A stretch of DNA of 64,000 nucleotides from a candidate division NPL-UPA2 bacterium Unc8 (GTDB lineage Bacteria; NPL-UPA2): positions 16,317-80,316 of the forward strand of contig NDHY01000002.1 in NCBI GenBank assembly GCA_003574845.1, given 5' to 3'. Position 1 is the stretch's first letter, and the number at the start of each line of letters is the position of its first letter. Below, piece by piece: positions 59,580-64,000 of the stretch. The notes under the pieces are model-generated. The model saw only the letters and a list, made by a program, of their open reading frames with translations, searched no databases and had not been told where the DNA came from. The position numbers and the translations under genes were made by a program.

Positions 59580-61638
59580 CTTTGCCTATTCCAAGTACCC
59601 TGCGCGGTTTATTCCCATCAAGAGGCCCAATCATTTTTTCTTCCTCCATGCGATCAATGAGACGGGCAGCACGATTATATCCTATTCGGAATCTTCTCTG
59701 AAGGGTAGATGCTGAAGCAATGCCTGTCTCCATCACAAAATGCACCGCTTTCTCAAACAGTTCATCGCTTTCCTCTGATTCAGGAGAAGGATAAATGTCT
59801 TCCCTGAATACTTCCCTGTGACACTCCGATTTTCCCCATCGCATCTTTAAAAAGCTAACTGTTCTTTCCACTTCTTGATCGGTAACTAATGGGCATTGAC
59901 ACCTGATTGGCCGTGCCAGCCCAGCAGGAAGAAAAAGCATGTCTCCTTTCCCTAATAGCCTCTCTGCTCCTATTGCATCAAGCACAGTACGAGAATCAAC
60001 TCTGGATGCAACCTGGAATGAGATACGGCAAGGAAGATTGGCTTTAATTACCCCGGTAACTACATCTACCGACGGGCGCTGAGTAGCTAAGATAAGATGG
60101 ATGCCAACCGCCCGTGAGAGTTGAGCAAGCCTGGTTACTGCATCTTCAACGGACACCCGCGCCACCGCCATCAAATCAGCTAATTCATCAATAACTACAA
60201 TTACATATGGAAAAGGGGTTTCCTCGCTTAACTGATTGTACCTTTCAATATTTTTTACTCCAACGCTGGCAAGCTGGCGATACCTCTCCTCCGTCTCATC
60301 AATGACCCATCTAAGAGCTGTAGCAACCTTCTTCGGATCAGTGATTACATCACTAATTAGATGCGGCAGGGCATTGTAGCAGGAAAGTTCCACCATTTTA
60401 GGGTCTATCATTAAAAATTTTACTTCAAACGGAGTCGCTTTATACAAAATACTAAGAATAAGAGAGTTAAGACAGACGCTTTTCCCGGACCCCGTTGTTC
60501 CGGCTATGAGTAGATGAGGCATGTCCCTGAGATCGCCAATAATGGGATTCCCTTTGATATCCTTTCCAATTGCTATGGTTAACTTTGAAGCCGCCTTATG
60601 AAATTCATTACTACTGAGCAGCTCACGCAGATAGACAAGGCGAGGCTTCTTATTGACAATTTCTATTCCGACTGCCGCCTTTCCAGGAACAGGAGCCTCA
60701 ATGCGCACACTCGGACTCTTCAGAGCAAGAGAAATATCATCAGCAAGAGAAACTATGCTATGCACCCTTACTCCACTTGCCGGCTGCACCTCATAACTGG
60801 TAATTATAGGTCCTTCATTTACTTCAACTACCCTTGTTTCTAACCCAAAATTCTTAAGCGTCCGTTCAAGGAGCTCTGCATTACCTGCTATATCTTCTTT
60901 CTCCGATTCTATTGCGGGAGTTGGATCAAGCAGAGAAAGCGGTGGAAGTTGAACCTTGCTTTCTTCCTCACTTTGCATCGCTATCCTTTCTTGTATCCTA
61001 ACTCTTTTCTTTTCTTTCTTTCTAAACAGTGAGATAGCCACTCGTAGAATTTTCATCAAAAGGATACCAAGCAACTTTACTGCTCTCAAAATGTATTTCG
61101 GAAGCGAGGTAAGAGAAAAATCCATCATCAATCCTAAGCCAATGACAAGAAGAAATGCTATGACAAGATATGTTCCAGTTGCCCCAAAGAGATGAGAGAT
61201 GCCCGTTGCAAGAAAATATCCCACCCCACCCCCTGTTATTCCTGGATGAGATTTCAAAAAGGAAAATTCCCGAAAGGCGAGGAGCACGGAAAATCCTACC
61301 AGCAAAGCAAAGAGACCACCCGACTTAAGCAGCGACTTCTGGAGAGGTGCTCCCGCAAACTTACCAGTTGACCAGACCAGGACCAACGCGGGGATAAAAT
61401 AACCTGCCCAGCCAAAGACACGGTAAATGCCTTCTGCTAAGGAGTATCCGACCGGGCCGGTGAGCATAGTCGGAGGGTCCATGAAAAAAGAGACAAGGCT
61501 CAGGATAGCAAAAAAAGTAACAACAAGGAGAGATAAGCCCCACATCTCATTCTTTTTTTTCTGACTGATGAATGAGAAGCGCCTCCCCTTACTGTCCTGT
61601 GTAGCCAAATCCTCTCTTATTACGCTCGGTTTCTTCAA
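59572..61638 (-). CDS. ftsK: DNA translocase FtsK/SpoIIIE (with C-terminal gamma domain)
   Basis: 688 aa. N-terminal transmembrane helices, motor domain with Walker A GTTGSGKSV, and a C-terminal winged-helix gamma domain. Confidence 0.9.
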   Translation of the reverse strand: MKKPSVIREDLATQDSKGRRFSFISQKKKNEMWGLSLLVVTFFAILSLVSFFMDPPTMLTGPVGYSLAEGIYRVFGWAGYFIPALVLVWSTGKFAGAPLQKSLLKSGGLFALLVGFSVLLAFREFSFLKSHPGITGGGVGYFLATGISHLFGATGTYLVIAFLLVIGLGLMMDFSLTSLPKYILRAVKLLGILLMKILRVAISLFRKKEKKRVRIQERIAMQSEEESKVQLPPLSLLDPTPAIESEKEDIAGNAELLERTLKNFGLETRVVEVNEGPIITSYEVQPASGVRVHSIVSLADDISLALKSPSVRIEAPVPGKAAVGIEIVNKKPRLVYLRELLSSNEFHKAASKLTIAIGKDIKGNPIIGDLRDMPHLLIAGTTGSGKSVCLNSLILSILYKATPFEVKFLMIDPKMVELSCYNALPHLISDVITDPKKVATALRWVIDETEERYRQLASVGVKNIERYNQLSEETPFPYVIVVIDELADLMAVARVSVEDAVTRLAQLSRAVGIHLILATQRPSVDVVTGVIKANLPCRISFQVASRVDSRTVLDAIGAERLLGKGDMLFLPAGLARPIRCQCPLVTDQEVERTVSFLKMRWGKSECHREVFREDIYPSPESEESDELFEKAVHFVMETGIASASTLQRRFRIGYNRAARLIDRMEEEKMIGPLDGNKPRRVLGIGKGE

Positions 61639-62029
61639 GACTATCTACCATTTCCAGCTTGGCTCTCGCAACGGGTGAGATAACAAGCTGCGCTATCCTA
61701 TCTTTTCTTCTTATGATAAATGGCTTTGACCCATGATTAACAAGAATTATTCCTACCTCTCCGCGGTAATCAGAATCAATCGTCCCCGGACTATTAACAA
61801 TACTAATTCCATTTTTTAAAGCAAGTCCACTGCGCGGACGAATCTGACCTTCAAAGCCGGAAGGAATAGCTAATCGGATAGCGGTAGGAATTAGCCTTAC
61901 CTCCCCTACTCCAAGGGTAACTTCGCCTTCTACGGCAGCATAAAGGTCAACTCCACTTGCCCCTGCACTCATATATTCAGGGAGAGGAAGATCGCTATTT
62001 CCCGGAATCCTGGCAACTTTTACCTTCAT
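61589..62029 (-). CDS. dut: dUTP diphosphatase
   Basis: 146 aa with conserved dUTPase motifs (AGASGVDLYA, GTIDSDYRGE). Confidence 0.85.
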   Translation of the reverse strand: MKVKVARIPGNSDLPLPEYMSAGASGVDLYAAVEGEVTLGVGEVRLIPTAIRLAIPSGFEGQIRPRSGLALKNGISIVNSPGTIDSDYRGEVGIILVNHGSKPFIIRRKDRIAQLVISPVARAKLEMVDSLEETERNKRGFGYTGQ

Positions 62030-64000
62030 TCTTTCCTACTGCTTTGCGACTCAGGCTGATTTTACCATCTGCATCTATCCTGATTACCTTAACCGGAAAC
62101 TCATCATGCACTTTTACCTCATCTTCAACTCTTTTTACATGATAATCAGCCAACTGCGAAATATGAAGCAAGCCTTCCTGCTTTGGCAGAATCTCAACAA
62201 AGGCACCAAAGTCCATTATCTTTTTCACCTTCCCGGGGTAGACCACGCCAACCTCTGCACTACTGGTAAGAGCTTTGACCATCTCTAATGTCTGCTGCGC
62301 TCGCTCGCTATCCGGTGCCGAGATGGAGACCTCCCCGCTATCATCAACATTTATCTCGGAATCTGTCCGCGCCATTATTTCCCTGATATTTTTTCCTCCA
62401 GGACCAATTAAATCTCCAATCCTATTCTTGTCAATACAGGTGAGTACTATCGTGGGGGCAAACTGAGAAACAGACGACCTGGGAGAAGAAATTGCCTCAT
62501 CCATTTTATCAAGAATTGACATTCTGGCAGATTGCGCTCGCGAGAGTACCTCCTTCATAATTTTAGCATCTACTCCATCAACTTTTAGGTCCATCTGGAT
62601 TGCCGTAATTCCATTTCGCGTACCAGCTATCTTGCAATCCATATCACCAAAATAGTCTTCGGCTCCACTAATATCAGTAAGGATTTTAAAATCATTACCC
62701 TCTTTGATAAGCCCCATCGCTACCCCGGCGACAGCAGACTTTACTAATACCCCAGCATCCATCAAGGATAACGATCCACCGCAGACAGTCGCCATTGACG
62801 ATGAGCCATTAGATTCTAAAATATCGGAGACGATGCGAATCGTATAAGGGAAATCCTTCCCTGAAGGAATAACCGCTCTGAGTGCCCGCTCTGCCAATGC
62901 TCCATGCCCGATCTCTCTTCTTCCAGGACCTCTCATTGGCTTGACCTCACCAGTACTAAAAGGAGGAAAATTATAATGGAGCATAAAAGCTTTTTTGTAC
63001 TCTCCTGCTAATTCATCCATTCTTTGCTCATCACGAGAGGTGCCAAGAGTGGTGATAACAAGACTTTGTGTCTGCCCGCGAGTAAAGAGCGCGGAACCAT
63101 GGGTGCGAGGTAAAACTCCCACCTCGCAACTTATTGGCCTGATTTCCTCAATACTTCTTCCATCAATCCTTTTGCTCTCTGCCAGCACCTGCTGACGTAT
63201 GCTGCGCTTTTCTACCTGCTCAATAGCAGCCATAATTTCTGCTTTTTTCCCAGGATACAGGGCTATGCAACAATTTAGTATATCACCATTGAGTATACGT
63301 CTTTTTTCTTGCCTTTTCTGCCGCTCAGTAATAGCAACAATTTCAGTCATTTTTCCATTAGTAAGTTCTTCTACTTTGAGTTTGATTTCCTCACCAATTT
63401 CAAATATGTTCAATCTACGCTTCTCTTTGGAACCAGCTTGTTCAATCAACGTTTCAATAAGCGAAATAATACCTTTCAGCGCTTCATGTCCAAAAAGGAG
63501 CGCATCCAAAACAATCTCTTCGCTTACCTCTCCAATGGCTCCCTCAACCATATTGATTCCATCAACTGTTCCTGCAACAACAAGGTCCATATTCCCTTCA
63601 GCAATCTGGAGGTTAGTCGGATTAACAATAAAATTGCCATCCTTTGATGCACTTAAACGACCAATCCGCACTGCTCCCATTAACTTCTGATATGGAGCGC
63701 CCGAGAGTCCCATAGCGGCAGAAGCACCAATAACGGCTAAAATATCAGAGTCGTTCTCGGCATCTGCAGAGAGAACAGTAGATATTATTTGAATATCATT
63801 TCTCATTCCAGATGGCAATAGTGGACGTATTGGTCTATCAATAAGCCGCGATGTTAAAATTTCTTTTTCAGTCGGCCTGCCTTCTCTTCTAAAGAATCCA
63901 CCAGGAATTCTCCCCGCTGCATAAGTCCTCTCCCGATAGTCAACAGAAAGAGGAAGATGGTCTATATCACTCCCTGCAGATGCCCCGGTAACAACAGTTG
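61995..64000 (-). CDS. pnp: Polyribonucleotide nucleotidyltransferase (PNPase), 5' end beyond window
   Basis: RNase PH domains, KH and C-terminal S1 domain. The track ORF starts at an internal Met and the frame stays open to the window edge. Confidence 0.9.
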   Translation of the reverse strand, partial: TVVTGASAGSDIDHLPLSVDYRERTYAAGRIPGGFFRREGRPTEKEILTSRLIDRPIRPLLPSGMRNDIQIISTVLSADAENDSDILAVIGASAAMGLSGAPYQKLMGAVRIGRLSASKDGNFIVNPTNLQIAEGNMDLVVAGTVDGINMVEGAIGEVSEEIVLDALLFGHEALKGIISLIETLIEQAGSKEKRRLNIFEIGEEIKLKVEELTNGKMTEIVAITERQKRQEKRRILNGDILNCCIALYPGKKAEIMAAIEQVEKRSIRQQVLAESKRIDGRSIEEIRPISCEVGVLPRTHGSALFTRGQTQSLVITTLGTSRDEQRMDELAGEYKKAFMLHYNFPPFSTGEVKPMRGPGRREIGHGALAERALRAVIPSGKDFPYTIRIVSDILESNGSSSMATVCGGSLSLMDAGVLVKSAVAGVAMGLIKEGNDFKILTDISGAEDYFGDMDCKIAGTRNGITAIQMDLKVDGVDAKIMKEVLSRAQSARMSILDKMDEAISSPRSSVSQFAPTIVLTCIDKNRIGDLIGPGGKNIREIMARTDSEINVDDSGEVSISAPDSERAQQTLEMVKALTSSAEVGVVYPGKVKKIMDFGAFVEILPKQEGLLHISQLADYHVKRVEDEVKVHDEFPVKVIRIDADGKISLSRKAVGKNEGKSCQDSGK

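Overview
This 64-kb window is a gene-dense chromosomal segment from a low-GC anaerobic bacterium. The RNase P RNA is E. coli-like type A, so the organism is unlikely to be a Bacillota member. It is mostly core metabolism and information processing.

Genes recognised, in order: glnA (3' fragment), hom, the ribD-ribE-ribBA-ribH-nusB riboflavin operon, a PHP phosphoesterase, an M16 peptidase, leuS, and a floA (flotillin) operon with two NfeD paralogs. Then rnpB (mis-called as a 109-aa ORF in the track), rnhA and a COG1579 zinc-ribbon gene.

A roughly 11-kb redox/C1 cluster follows on the minus strand: metF-metV, a NuoF/NuoE-like pair, a NuoG-N-terminal-like Fe-S protein and an unknown 210-aa protein. 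It continues with a selenocysteine formate dehydrogenase (fdhA; in-frame TGA at 21865-21867 plus an fdhF-like SECIS hairpin, split into two ORFs by the track), a second HydB/HylB-type NuoF plus NuoE, and folD.

The remainder holds folE, dodecin, argH, an S2P protease, PolX, rluD, ahcY, metK, folC, accD, a LOG-like protein, a DegT aminotransferase, acyP, tyrS, aroD, tungstate-type tupABC and ilvD. After these come a Y1/HUH transposase-like gene (20-bp perfect inverted repeats, 65-bp direct repeats), a SAM methyltransferase with a B12 radical SAM protein, a GPH transporter, a GGDEF cyclase, truA, rpsA, ispH, cmk, ftsK, dut and pnp (5' end off-window).

The most unusual feature is a dispersed modular intergenic repeat family, 'CTCTCTACTCTCTAC - variable heptamer tandem array - TTAATTCTTTGTGCC(TTTGTGCC)n'. 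It is present in both orientations and usually abuts start codons. An 850-bp repeat island upstream of tupABC carries several different heptamer arrays, including (TTTAGGG)n, and ends in a clean intrinsic terminator about 150 nt before tupA, which may be a riboswitch or attenuator leader. Heptamer repeats also occur inside the fdhA coding region. No tRNA, rRNA or CRISPR array was recognised by eye.
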